64,000 bases of DNA from Gemmatimonadales bacterium (GCA_041577295.1 JBFGJG010000011.1:34814-98813), one strand, 5' to 3'; shown: positions 44,718-53,868, counted from the first letter of the stretch. A program made the numbers and translations. Notes: generated by a model from the letters alone, not told the origin.

Positions 44718-46496
44718 TCAACGAACGACACTCACTGTCGCCACGTAGCGCTGCACCTGCTCCTGTAGCACATCCAACGGCACCGTTCCATTGAGCAGCA
44801 CCACGTCGTGGAACGCACGCACGTCAAACAAGTCGCCCAGCGCGCTCTCGGCGTAACGACGCAACTCCTTGATCTTGAGCTCTCCTATCTTGTACGCGAG
44901 CGCCTGGCCCGGCCACGAGATGTAGCGGTCCGTTTCGGTCCGGACCTCGTGAAGCGAAAGCGCCGTGTTGGACGCCAGGAAGTCCATCGCCTGTTGCCGC
45001 GTCCATCCCCTGGCGTGTAACCCCGTGTCGACCACCAAACGGCACGCCCGCCACATCTCGTACGTCAACCGCCCAAACCGCGCATAGGGGTCGGTGTACA
45101 TTCCCGCTTCGACCCCGAGCCACTCGGCGTAGAGCCCCCATCCTTCGCCAAACGCATTCACATACGCGAAGCGGCGGAACGCCGGAAGGTTTTCCTGTTC
45201 CTGTGCCAAGGCGAATTGGAGATGGTGGCCGGGCACGGCCTCGTGCAACGTGAGGGCCGTGAGCGTGTAGAGCGGACGGCTGTCGAGCGCATAGGTGTTC
45301 ACCCAGTAGGAGCCCGGCTTCGTCCCGCCCACGGGTGCGGAGACATAACGGCCACCCGTGTACTTCGGTGCCAAGTGACTCGGGACGGGTTCGACGCCAT
45401 AGGGAAGCCGTGGGAGGGTCTTGAAGAGCGATGGAAGCTTCCCGTCCATCCGCTTCGCGATGTATGCGGCTTGTTTGAGGAGCGCCTCCGGTGTCTCCAC
45501 GTAGAATCGCGGATCCGAGCGCAAAAACTGAAGAAACGCAGCGAAGTCTCCGTCGAAGCCGACCTCGCGGATGATCGACTCCATCTCCTGACGGATGCGC
45601 CGGACCTCGCTCTCTCCGAGCGCATGGATGTCGTCTGCCGAGAGATCGAGCGTCGTGAAGTGCCGGATCAAGTAGTCGTAATACGCTCTTCCGTCTGGCC
45701 ACTCTGATGCACCGATCGTGCGGCGGGCACCGGGGATGTACTCGGTGGTCATGAACTCGAGAAAGCGGCGGTATCCCGGTACGACAGACTCCAGAATGGC
45801 GCTATTCCCCTGGTGTACAAGGCCGGCGTGCCGCTCGGTTGGGATTCCCGTGGGGAACTCGCGGAATGGCTCGAAGAACACACTTTCAGCGGGATCGTCT
45901 ACCACATGTGCCGCAATCGTGACGTCGTAGCCTTCGAGCACAACTTGTGGCAGCGTAAACCCTCTGGACAGACCTGCCCGCATGTTGGCGATGTGCTGAT
46001 CGACGTACGCCGGGAACGCCCTAAGGCGGGCAAGGTAGCTTTCGTAGTCACTGAGAGATTGCAGTGGCACGTCGTTGGGAAGACGGGCGTACGAAATGTG
46101 AAATCCATCGTCGACCAGTATCGGGATCTCAAACGTCCGGAACTCGAATTCCCGCAGCGCATCCGTCAGCTGTCGCTCGAACATGCGATAGCTAATCCGG
46201 TCTTGCTCCTGCAAGGTCTCGATATCGATGCCGTGCAGGCGCTGGAGAAACCGCCGGCGTTGGTCCGCACGGCGGCGCTGGTCGTCTGGTGCGACCGATG
46301 GCAATCGGTCGTTGTACCCGTGTTCGCCAACGGAGGTGGCGAACAACGGATCTTCACGCAGCTCGAATGCCCACGCGTCATCCAGCAGCGCGTGGAGTTG
46401 CTCGGCCGTTTGCTGCGCCAGCACACTCGGCACGAGTGGGGTCAGCCACCAGACGATGGATACGATGGCGATGCGGCAGCGAATCGTGTACTTCAT
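44718..46496 (-). CDS. DUF885 family protein (secreted, metallopeptidase-like HExxH variant)
   Basis: Start trimmed to the ATG at 46496 (MKYTIRCRIAIVSIVWWL signal). LHEAVPGHHLQ is the DUF885 signature. Confidence 0.85.
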   Translation of the reverse strand: MKYTIRCRIAIVSIVWWLTPLVPSVLAQQTAEQLHALLDDAWAFELREDPLFATSVGEHGYNDRLPSVAPDDQRRRADQRRRFLQRLHGIDIETLQEQDRISYRMFERQLTDALREFEFRTFEIPILVDDGFHISYARLPNDVPLQSLSDYESYLARLRAFPAYVDQHIANMRAGLSRGFTLPQVVLEGYDVTIAAHVVDDPAESVFFEPFREFPTGIPTERHAGLVHQGNSAILESVVPGYRRFLEFMTTEYIPGARRTIGASEWPDGRAYYDYLIRHFTTLDLSADDIHALGESEVRRIRQEMESIIREVGFDGDFAAFLQFLRSDPRFYVETPEALLKQAAYIAKRMDGKLPSLFKTLPRLPYGVEPVPSHLAPKYTGGRYVSAPVGGTKPGSYWVNTYALDSRPLYTLTALTLHEAVPGHHLQFALAQEQENLPAFRRFAYVNAFGEGWGLYAEWLGVEAGMYTDPYARFGRLTYEMWRACRLVVDTGLHARGWTRQQAMDFLASNTALSLHEVRTETDRYISWPGQALAYKIGELKIKELRRYAESALGDLFDVRAFHDVVLLNGTVPLDVLQEQVQRYVATVSVVR

Positions 46497-46554
46497 GGAG
46501 TCATCCGTACGTGATTGATCTGATGGGCTCATAAGATACTTCAGCGGAGTCGTC

Positions 46555-47607
46555 ATGCCATTCGCCAACAAGATCACGGCGGTCGACGCGCACGCTTGTG
46601 GTGAACCTGGGCGCGTGATCATCGACGGTGTACCCGATGTGCCGGGCGCCACCATGTTCGAGAAGAAGACCTACCTCGAGACGCAGGCGGACGACCTCCG
46701 CCTCCGAATGTTACGCGAGCCGCGGGGATACCCCGCGCTCTGCTGCAACGTCATCTTACCGCCCACCCACCCCGACGCGGATGCCGGCGTTGTGATCATG
46801 GAGCAGACCGAGTACCCCCCAATGTCTGGCAGCAACACCATCTGCGTCGTCACCGTGCTGTTGGAACGAGGGATCGTCCGCGCCACCGAACCGACGACGG
46901 ATCTGGTGCTCGAGACACCAGCAGGCCTGGTTCCCGTACGAGCGCATGTATCAAACGGTAAGGTGACGAGCGTGACGTTTGAAAACGTTCCGGCTTTCGC
47001 AGTCCATCTCAATGCTGCGATCGAAGTTCCGACGCTTGGTTCGGTAACGGTGGACGTTGCCTATGGTGGCATGTTCTACGTCATCGCGGACGCCGAGCGG
47101 TTTGGGCTCCGGCTTACACCGAACGAGGGGCGAGAGATCACGCGCATCGGGGAAATGATCAAAGCCGCGGCGCGGGAACAGTTACCAGTGACGCACCCGG
47201 AGCAGCCGGGTATCTCCGGCATTACCATCGCGCAACTCTCGGCACCACCCAGCCGGCCCAACGCGAGCCGGAAAAACGTGGTGGTCGTCTCGACGGGAAC
47301 GCTCGATTGGGAGCGGCCCGAGACGTGGACCGGGGCCATCGATCGCTCGCCGTGCGGTACCGGAACCTGTGCGAAGATGGCGGTTCTGCACGCCAAAGGT
47401 GAGCTGGGGCTCCAGGAGGATTTCGCACACGAGGGGATTCTCGGGACCATCTTCACCGGTCGGCTACTCCGCGAAATCCCTCTGGGGCCCTATCGAGCCG
47501 TCACGTCGACGCTCACGGGAGCCGCCTGGATCACGGGGGTGAGCGAATACGTGCTGGATCCGACCGATCCGTTCCCGAACGGGTTTACGGTGGGAGACAT
47601 CTGGTGA
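46555..47607 (+). CDS. proline racemase / hydroxyproline epimerase superfamily protein with a non-canonical Ser/Cys catalytic pair
   Basis: VDAHACGEP, then PMSGSNTICV where PMCGHN is expected, and DRSPCGTGTCA. Full-length at 350 aa. Confidence 0.88.
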   Translation: MPFANKITAVDAHACGEPGRVIIDGVPDVPGATMFEKKTYLETQADDLRLRMLREPRGYPALCCNVILPPTHPDADAGVVIMEQTEYPPMSGSNTICVVTVLLERGIVRATEPTTDLVLETPAGLVPVRAHVSNGKVTSVTFENVPAFAVHLNAAIEVPTLGSVTVDVAYGGMFYVIADAERFGLRLTPNEGREITRIGEMIKAAAREQLPVTHPEQPGISGITIAQLSAPPSRPNASRKNVVVVSTGTLDWERPETWTGAIDRSPCGTGTCAKMAVLHAKGELGLQEDFAHEGILGTIFTGRLLREIPLGPYRAVTSTLTGAAWITGVSEYVLDPTDPFPNGFTVGDIW

Positions 47608-47612
47608 GGTGA

Positions 47613-47676
47613 GGGAGTAGGTACTCGCCATTGGGGTTTGGCGCCTACTCCCTACTCCCCACTCCCCACTCCCCCC
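47613..47676. repeat. hairpin plus heptamer tandem array (CGCCTAC TCCCTAC TCCCCAC TCCCCAC TCCCCCC) at a convergent gene junction
   Basis: GGGAGTAGG(tact)CGCC pairs with GGCGCCTACTCCC (47613-47652). Five phased 7-nt units span 47642-47676 and overlap the last codons of the minus-strand gene. Confidence 0.55.
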
Positions 47677-49228
47677 TTCTTATCACCGTCCCGGGCCGTG
47701 CGCCTGTCGACATCCCGTTTGAGTACACCAAGACACCGTTTACCCATACCGCCTCGATGCCCGTGGCAATCCGTTGAGGATCCTCCGGTGTCGCATGATC
47801 CATGACCGTCTCGGGATTGAGCAAGACGAGATCGGCGTAGGCACCGGGTTCGATACGCCCCCGATTGGGAATTCCCACATGGTCAGCGGAGAGGCCGGTC
47901 ATTTTGTGAATCGCTTCGGCGAGATCGAGCACCCCGCGTTCGCGAACGTAGCGTGCGAGCACTCGAGGGAACGCGCCAAATCCCCTTGGATGACGGCCGT
48001 TCAATGCTCCGTCCGATGAGACGTTGGTGTGACGCCACGCCAGAAGCTCTTCGATGTCGCGTTCCGCCATGCTGGTGCCGATCATGCTCTCGTCGGCGCC
48101 AGTCCGCTGCGCGGTGGCGATCAGCTCCATCAACGTGGTGACAGCGTCGCTCCCCCGAAGCTTTGCGATGTCGGCCAGGGTCTTTCCCACGTAGGACGGA
48201 TCGGGCTCATACTCCGCAATGAGCACTCCTTCCGGCGGCACCACCTCTTGGAGCACGTAGGCAGCCGTTTCGCGATTGTCGAAATCGCGCTCGGGAAACA
48301 ACACGGTCATCGTCGATTGCCAGTACGGATAGGGGTAGACGTCTGCGGTCACGTCGACGCCCGTTGAACGGGCGTGGTCGAGCACCCGCAAGAGCGAGTC
48401 CGCCTGCCCCCACAACCCCCGCATCGCGAGCTTCATGTGCCCAATCTGAACGGGAATCCCGGCCTCGCGCCCGATCCGAATCGTTTCGTTCACCGCCTCC
48501 CAGAAGTAGCGATCTTCCGAGCGGATGTGGCTGATGTACCGTCCGCCGGCTACTGCCGCCAACCGCGCGAGAGCCACGACTTCACTTGTCGATGCGTAGA
48601 TACCGGGGTCGTACTCCAAGCCCGTCGAGAGGCCGAGTGCCCCGGCCGCCAGTTCGTGTTCCAGCAGCAGCTTCATGTACGCGACTTCTGCGGGCGTGGC
48701 GTACCGGCGAAAATCATCGCCCAGCACCCTTCGGCGAAGCGTATTGTGGCCGACGTACGCAGCCACATTGACCGCAGCGGGTGATTGCTCCAGCGCCGCA
48801 AAGAAATCGGCGAGCGGGAACGGCGACCCACCATCCTGACCCACGATGATCGTCGTAATGCCCTGACTCACAGCTGCGAGCGCGTTAGGCGCGTCGCTGA
48901 GTCCCCAGTCGTGGTGGCTATGTGTGTCGATGAAGCCCGGTGTGAGGACGAGGCCGCGGGCGTCGATGACCGGCTCTTCCGCGTCGCGGCTGAGATTTCC
49001 CACGGCAACGATCCGGTCGCCGCTCACCCGCACCGCGGCGCGCCGCGCAGGTGCACCGCTGCCATCGATCACGCGGGCATTCGTGATCAGGAATGTGGTC
49101 GCGTCTTGCTGCGCAACACCGCTTGCCAACGGCGCGGAAAGAAACAGCGCGGCCGCAGTGACGCGGAGCCGTGGCGAGAACGGTGTGAGGGGAGACCGGG
49201 GAGACCGGCGGACGGTCGGGGGTTGCAT
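47645..49228 (-). CDS. D-aminoacylase (N-acyl-D-amino-acid deacylase) family amidohydrolase, secreted
   Basis: Start trimmed to the ATG at 49228 (signal peptide ...AALFLSAPLASGVAQQ). FIDTHSHHD metal motif with an amidohydrolase body. Confidence 0.85.
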   Translation of the reverse strand: MQPPTVRRSPRSPLTPFSPRLRVTAAALFLSAPLASGVAQQDATTFLITNARVIDGSGAPARRAAVRVSGDRIVAVGNLSRDAEEPVIDARGLVLTPGFIDTHSHHDWGLSDAPNALAAVSQGITTIIVGQDGGSPFPLADFFAALEQSPAAVNVAAYVGHNTLRRRVLGDDFRRYATPAEVAYMKLLLEHELAAGALGLSTGLEYDPGIYASTSEVVALARLAAVAGGRYISHIRSEDRYFWEAVNETIRIGREAGIPVQIGHMKLAMRGLWGQADSLLRVLDHARSTGVDVTADVYPYPYWQSTMTVLFPERDFDNRETAAYVLQEVVPPEGVLIAEYEPDPSYVGKTLADIAKLRGSDAVTTLMELIATAQRTGADESMIGTSMAERDIEELLAWRHTNVSSDGALNGRHPRGFGAFPRVLARYVRERGVLDLAEAIHKMTGLSADHVGIPNRGRIEPGAYADLVLLNPETVMDHATPEDPQRIATGIEAVWVNGVLVYSNGMSTGARPGTVIRRGEWGVGSRE

Positions 49229-49241
49229 GGCGTTACGCCAC

Positions 49242-50111
49242 TTACGCTCTGGAAACGGGGATGACGAGCAGATGGGTTGGCAACCGGTGGAGCAGTTTCT
49301 CGGTGGTACTTCCGAGGAGCAGACGGTCGGTCCACCCCTTGCCGTGGGACCCGAGCACGACGAGGTCGATGCCCCACTGTTCTGCTGACTGGACAACGGT
49401 CTCGACGACCGGTCCCCGCCGGATCGCTTTTTCCGCATCGCTGAGCTCGACCACAGGCCAAATCTCTCCCTCGAACTCGGCCGTCGCGTGGGCCAGCGCA
49501 TCCTCGGCGGTGAAGGGTGTCGCCAACGCGTCGGCAACCGGAAGCGGCGGTACCACGTGAAGCACCCACAGTTGAGCTCCGAATAGGCGCGTAAACTCCT
49601 GTGCGTGCTCGAGTGTCGGGCGGGCGGCGAACGACAGATCCACTGCCGCCATGATCCTTTTGATCTCCGGTGGTCCGAAACCGGTGACCAGCAGCGGTGT
49701 GTCGAGTTTGCGGAGCAGGTGGGTTGCGGTACCGCCGGCGATTAACCGCTCGAGCGCCGGATGGTGTTTGCCGCCAAGCACAATGAGTCCGGCTCCAACC
49801 TCGTGGGCGAAGTCCTCAATTACCTTTGCGGGACGGCCGGATCGGCTCTGGAGGGTTTGCAGCGTCTCCGGTGGTACCGCGCCCGCGAGCGCCTCGACGA
49901 TGCCCGCATGACTCGCTTCGTGGAGCTGTATTTCGAGCGCGGCGAAATCGAACGGCGTATCCAGAAAGGTGACCGCACCCCACGCATCCGGAATGGCGGT
50001 GATCAGCCGGCATTCGGTGCCCTTCGCGGAAGCGATGGCCGAGCCGACCGCGGCGGCCTTTGAGGCCTCCGGGGATGCATCGACACCAACTACGACTGGT
50101 CGCTCTGTCAT
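49242..50111 (-). CDS. tandem universal stress protein (UspA x2)
   Basis: Two Usp domains, each ending in a G..G..-type ATP motif: LIVLGGKHH and LVVLGSHGKG...LLGSTT. Confidence 0.85.
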   Translation of the reverse strand: MTERPVVVGVDASPEASKAAAVGSAIASAKGTECRLITAIPDAWGAVTFLDTPFDFAALEIQLHEASHAGIVEALAGAVPPETLQTLQSRSGRPAKVIEDFAHEVGAGLIVLGGKHHPALERLIAGGTATHLLRKLDTPLLVTGFGPPEIKRIMAAVDLSFAARPTLEHAQEFTRLFGAQLWVLHVVPPLPVADALATPFTAEDALAHATAEFEGEIWPVVELSDAEKAIRRGPVVETVVQSAEQWGIDLVVLGSHGKGWTDRLLLGSTTEKLLHRLPTHLLVIPVSRA

Positions 50112-50192
50112 GGATTTGTCCGCATCGGCGACGGCACCGCGGGAGGGTGTCGCCGAACCTCGTGGGTGTCAAGGATAGCTTTTGGGACCGAT

Positions 50193-51344
50193 ATGCTCAC
50201 TTGTCTGAAGGACCGGTTCTCGCTGCCAGCGGGCAGTCACTATCTCAACTGTGCCTACATGTCGCCACTCTCGAAACGGGTGGTGGAGGCGGGAGAGTGG
50301 GGGATCCGCCGTAAAACCGTCCCATATGAGATTCATGCCACCGACTTCTTCGAGGGCGTCCAGCGGGTACGCACCCTCTTTGCTCAACTGATCAACGCCC
50401 CCGATCCGCGACGCATCGCGGTGGTGCCATCCGCGTCCTATGGCCTGTCCCAAGTGGCTTCGAACACGCCAATCACGCGTGGACAAAAGATCGTCATCGC
50501 CCACGAGCAGTTTCCTTCGAACGTGTATATCTGGTGGCGTCTGGCCGAGCGCACGGAGGCGCAGGTCGAGGTGGTGCGTCCTCCGGATGACGCAGTGAGT
50601 CGAGGCGCGGCGTGGAACGAGGCATTGCTCGAGTCGGTGGACGAGCGAACGGCGGTCGTGGCGATTGGCCAGGTGCATTGGACCGACGGAACGTTGTTTG
50701 ACCTTGCTGCCATCCGCGAACGTACACGCGCAGTAGGTGCTGCGCTCGTCGTCGACGGCACACAATCGGTCGGTGCGATTCCGTTCGATGTTCAGCAGCT
50801 ACAACCTGATGCGCTCGTCGTCGCGGCGTACAAATGGCTCATGGGCCCCTACTCGATCGGCGCGGCGTACTATGGACGGCTGTACGACGACGGCGTGCCG
50901 CTGGAGGAGACATGGATGGGACGTGAGGGGAGCGAGAACTTCGGCAGGCTGGTCGACTACAACTCGAGCCATCGTCCGTTGGCCGTTCGGTATGACATGG
51001 GTGAAGTCTCCAACTTCATCCTGGTTCCGATGTTCATCGCAGCGCTCGAGCAGGTGCTGGATTGGCAGCCCGCACGGATCGAGCAGTATGCCCGCTCGCT
51101 CAGCGGCGGATTGATCGATCGCCTGCGGAGTGCAGGCTATGCGGTGACGGACGACCGGTGGAGGCGAGGCCACTTATTCGGCGTGCGCCCCCCGGCCTCG
51201 GTGGATTTTGCTGCGCTCCACGAGCGGCTCCAGGAGCGACGCGTGTTTGTCTCGGTCCGCGGGAGCGCGCTACGGGTCTCAGTCCATGCGTTCAACGATG
51301 CATCCGATCTCGACGCGCTGGGCGATGCCCTGGAAGTACGTTGA
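50193..51344 (+). CDS. class V aminotransferase / cysteine-desulfurase-like PLP enzyme
   Basis: AAYKWLMGP contains the PLP Lys context. Fold-type I pattern. ATG at 50193 chosen over the track's upstream non-ATG start. Confidence 0.82.
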   Translation: MLTCLKDRFSLPAGSHYLNCAYMSPLSKRVVEAGEWGIRRKTVPYEIHATDFFEGVQRVRTLFAQLINAPDPRRIAVVPSASYGLSQVASNTPITRGQKIVIAHEQFPSNVYIWWRLAERTEAQVEVVRPPDDAVSRGAAWNEALLESVDERTAVVAIGQVHWTDGTLFDLAAIRERTRAVGAALVVDGTQSVGAIPFDVQQLQPDALVVAAYKWLMGPYSIGAAYYGRLYDDGVPLEETWMGREGSENFGRLVDYNSSHRPLAVRYDMGEVSNFILVPMFIAALEQVLDWQPARIEQYARSLSGGLIDRLRSAGYAVTDDRWRRGHLFGVRPPASVDFAALHERLQERRVFVSVRGSALRVSVHAFNDASDLDALGDALEVR

Positions 51345-51421
51345 CGCGAGGGGTATTCGTTGGTTTCTTAGCTCTAACCCACTGACGTCTGCATTCCGCT
51401 GGATGCAAGGTGTGACACACC

Positions 51422-52045
51422 ATGGCACGACATCGTAGCGCGGGGGCCTATCCGCGGCCGCCAATACCTCCAGACGAGCCCGAGCGCCTCGAAGCACTAC
51501 GGCAGTACGAGATTCTCGATACGCCCCCGGAACAGGCGTTTGACGATCTGACGTTGCTGGCCGCGCACATCTGTCAGACACCCGTCGCGCTGGTCAGCCT
51601 CATCGATAGGGATCGCCAGTGGTTCAAATCGAACCTAGGTCTCGACGTACCGGAAACTCCGCGTGACATGGCGTTCTGCGCACATGCGATTGCGGCCAAA
51701 GAGACGCTCATCGTGCCGGATACGTTTGCAGACGATCGGTTTGCCAACAACCCGCTCGTCACGGACGATCCCAACATTCGATTCTACGCGGGGGCACCGC
51801 TGCGGGCGGACCACGATCAGTGTTTGGGCACGCTGTGCGTGATCGATCGCGTGCCGCGTGAGCTCTCGGACGATCAACAACGCGCGCTCGAAGCCCTGTC
51901 ACGTCAAGTGATGGCGCAACTCGAGCTGCGTCGTCAGCTCGCCGAGGTCAAGCGGCTCGGCGGGTTACTTCCCTATTGCTCGTCGTGCGGGAAACTGCGG
52001 ATGGATCTCGGAGACATCTGCCCTGACTGCCTCAAGCTCGCCTAA
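51422..52045 (+). CDS. GAF-domain protein with C-terminal four-Cys tail
   Basis: PDEPERLEALRQYEILDTPPEQAFDDLT.LAA.IC..P.ALVSLID..RQWFKS is a GAF N-cap motif. The tail is LLPYCSSCGKLRMDLGDICPDC. Confidence 0.75.
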   Translation: MARHRSAGAYPRPPIPPDEPERLEALRQYEILDTPPEQAFDDLTLLAAHICQTPVALVSLIDRDRQWFKSNLGLDVPETPRDMAFCAHAIAAKETLIVPDTFADDRFANNPLVTDDPNIRFYAGAPLRADHDQCLGTLCVIDRVPRELSDDQQRALEALSRQVMAQLELRRQLAEVKRLGGLLPYCSSCGKLRMDLGDICPDCLKLA

Positions 52046-52389
52046 ACCCGAAATTGCGGTCCCGTGATGCCGGCACCGCTGTCCATGACTCAAGGCCAGT
52101 CAGGTATCGAGCTGATGCTCTCTGCCGTCGACATCGCATGCCGCCGCTCGGTCGGTCCCAACCGATGCTTGAGCCGGCGGGCGAAGCCCTCGAGCCATTC
52201 GGCACCGCGGTAGAGAACTCGTCGGATCTGCATGGTGCTCTTCACTCTCCTCATCGGTACTACGCCAGCGCCCGTGTAATTGTTGCAAAACGTGTGCTAT
52301 CGGAACCGCTCTTCATAACAGCTTATGAAATAATGACTTGAACGTCTTACCACAGCGAACCGATTACCGGTTCACGACCAATCTGGCGG

Positions 52390-52413
52390 AAAAAACGTCC
52401 CCGTAGGGGACGT
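52390..52413 (-). terminator. orphan intrinsic-terminator-like hairpin (perfect 19-nt palindrome plus T-tract on the minus strand)
   Basis: Plus strand AAAAAACGTCCCCgtaGGGGACGT. On the minus strand this reads as an 8-bp GC stem, 3-nt loop, then TTTTTT. No minus-strand gene lies immediately upstream of it. Confidence 0.35.
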
Positions 52414-52487
52414 CCCCTGCCCAACTGGCCGGGGTTGCCGAGCCCGGATGCTAGCACAACCTTGGCAGTTATCACAGGGAGGAGGCT

Positions 52488-53144
52488 ATGACGAAGGTCA
52501 CGTCACTGTTGATCGCTGCGATCATCGCAGCAATAGCCTATGCGCCGACCCCTCAACAGCAGCCGGCGATGAGCTTCTTCATCACTAGCGAGGGCCCCGG
52601 CGATGGAGCAAACCTCGGCGGACTCGCCGGAGCCGACCGGCACTGTCAACGCCTGGCGGAAGCAGCGGGTGCGGGAGACCGTGCGTGGCGGGCGTACCTG
52701 AGCACCACGGCGTCGGCCCCTGGTGGCGAGACCGTGCACGCCCGCAATCGGATCGGTACGGGTCCCTGGTACAACGCCAAGGGGGTCAAAGTGGCCGAAT
52801 CCGTCGATCACTTGCACAGTGATGAGAACGCGCTCTCCAAAGAGCACTCACTCAACGAACGCGGTGAGATGGTGAACGGTCGCGGCGACACGCCCAACAT
52901 GCACGACATCATCACCGGCTCGACGCTCGACGGAAGGGCCTTCGAAGCGGACGGCTACAACAACTGCAACAACTGGACGAGCAACGGAGAGGGCAATGTC
53001 CGCATCGGCCATCACGATCGAACAGGTGGTGGCCAACACCCCACATCGTGGAATTCGGCACATAATTCCCGAGGCTGTAGCCAGGAGGCCTTACAGGGGA
53101 CCGGCGGGAACGGATTGTTCTACTGTTTTGCCGTTGGCCAATGA
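52488..53144 (+). CDS. secreted Cys-containing protein, DUF1554-like / C-type-lectin-fold candidate
   Basis: GGAGGAGG SD and an N-terminal anchor. The pattern FFITS..G.G.LGGLAGAD.HCQ.LA...G......W.AYLS ... CNNWTS ... LFYCF is as I recall for DUF1554. Confidence 0.65.
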   Translation: MTKVTSLLIAAIIAAIAYAPTPQQQPAMSFFITSEGPGDGANLGGLAGADRHCQRLAEAAGAGDRAWRAYLSTTASAPGGETVHARNRIGTGPWYNAKGVKVAESVDHLHSDENALSKEHSLNERGEMVNGRGDTPNMHDIITGSTLDGRAFEADGYNNCNNWTSNGEGNVRIGHHDRTGGGQHPTSWNSAHNSRGCSQEALQGTGGNGLFYCFAVGQ

Positions 53145-53165
53145 GTTGATCGCGAGCGCGCCCCG

Positions 53166-53843
53166 CTACGGGTACAAACGTGTGACCTTCCACGAGTCGG
53201 CTGCTCGCTCGTAGCGCAGTCGGTCGTGTAAGCGGTTTGCGCGACCTTGCCAAAACTCGATTCGCTCGGGGCTTAGGCGGTACCCGCCCCAGAATGCGGG
53301 AAGCGGTATCTCCTGCTCCTGGAACTTGTCGCGGTACTCACGCACCCGACGTTCCAACACCTCCCGCGTTTCGAGAGGCGAGCTCTGCTTCGACGCCCAC
53401 GCGCCGATGCGCGCCCCCGCGCTTCGGGTTGCGAAGTATGCTGCAGACTCTTCGGAGGAGACCCGTTCGACCGGACCCTCGATACGCACTTGCCGCTCGA
53501 GGATCGCCCAATGAAAGCAGAGCGCTGCGCGGGGATTGTCCTCCAGCTCCCCGGCCTTGCGGCTGCCGTAGTTGGTGTAGAAGACGAAGCCATCCTGACC
53601 GAATGATTTGAGCAGCATCATACGCACCGAGGGCGTGCCTTCCGGGGTGCTCGTGGCCACGGCCATCGCCTCGGGCAGGAGAATACCGGATTCCTGGGCA
53701 TCCGAGAACCACTTGCCAAAGAACGCGATGGGGTCATCGGCCACGTCGAGCTCCGTGAGCCCTTTGGTGACACCGGCACCCATGGTGAATACGGTCCGGA
53801 GCTTGGATTTCAGCGACATCGGCGTGTGGGTTGGGGTTCGCAC
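53166..53843 (-). CDS. pdxH: pyridoxamine 5'-phosphate oxidase
   Basis: VRMMLLK..G.DGFVFYTNY.S.K..EL..NP.AAL.F.W and the C-terminal RIEFWQGR.NRLHDR..Y. The start could be the ATG at 53819 instead. Confidence 0.9.
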   Translation of the reverse strand: MRTPTHTPMSLKSKLRTVFTMGAGVTKGLTELDVADDPIAFFGKWFSDAQESGILLPEAMAVATSTPEGTPSVRMMLLKSFGQDGFVFYTNYGSRKAGELEDNPRAALCFHWAILERQVRIEGPVERVSSEESAAYFATRSAGARIGAWASKQSSPLETREVLERRVREYRDKFQEQEIPLPAFWGGYRLSPERIEFWQGRANRLHDRLRYERAADSWKVTRLYP

Positions 53844-53868
53844 TGCCAGGAGAGATAGCGGCGTCGGC

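Noticed and set aside
52100-52288. 62-aa minus-strand ORF from the track in the long spacer
   Set aside because: No SD is present, and the composition is acidic/Arg-rich and non-coding-like. A different frame (52254..52090) looks somewhat better and is reported only as a low-confidence candidate within a finding.
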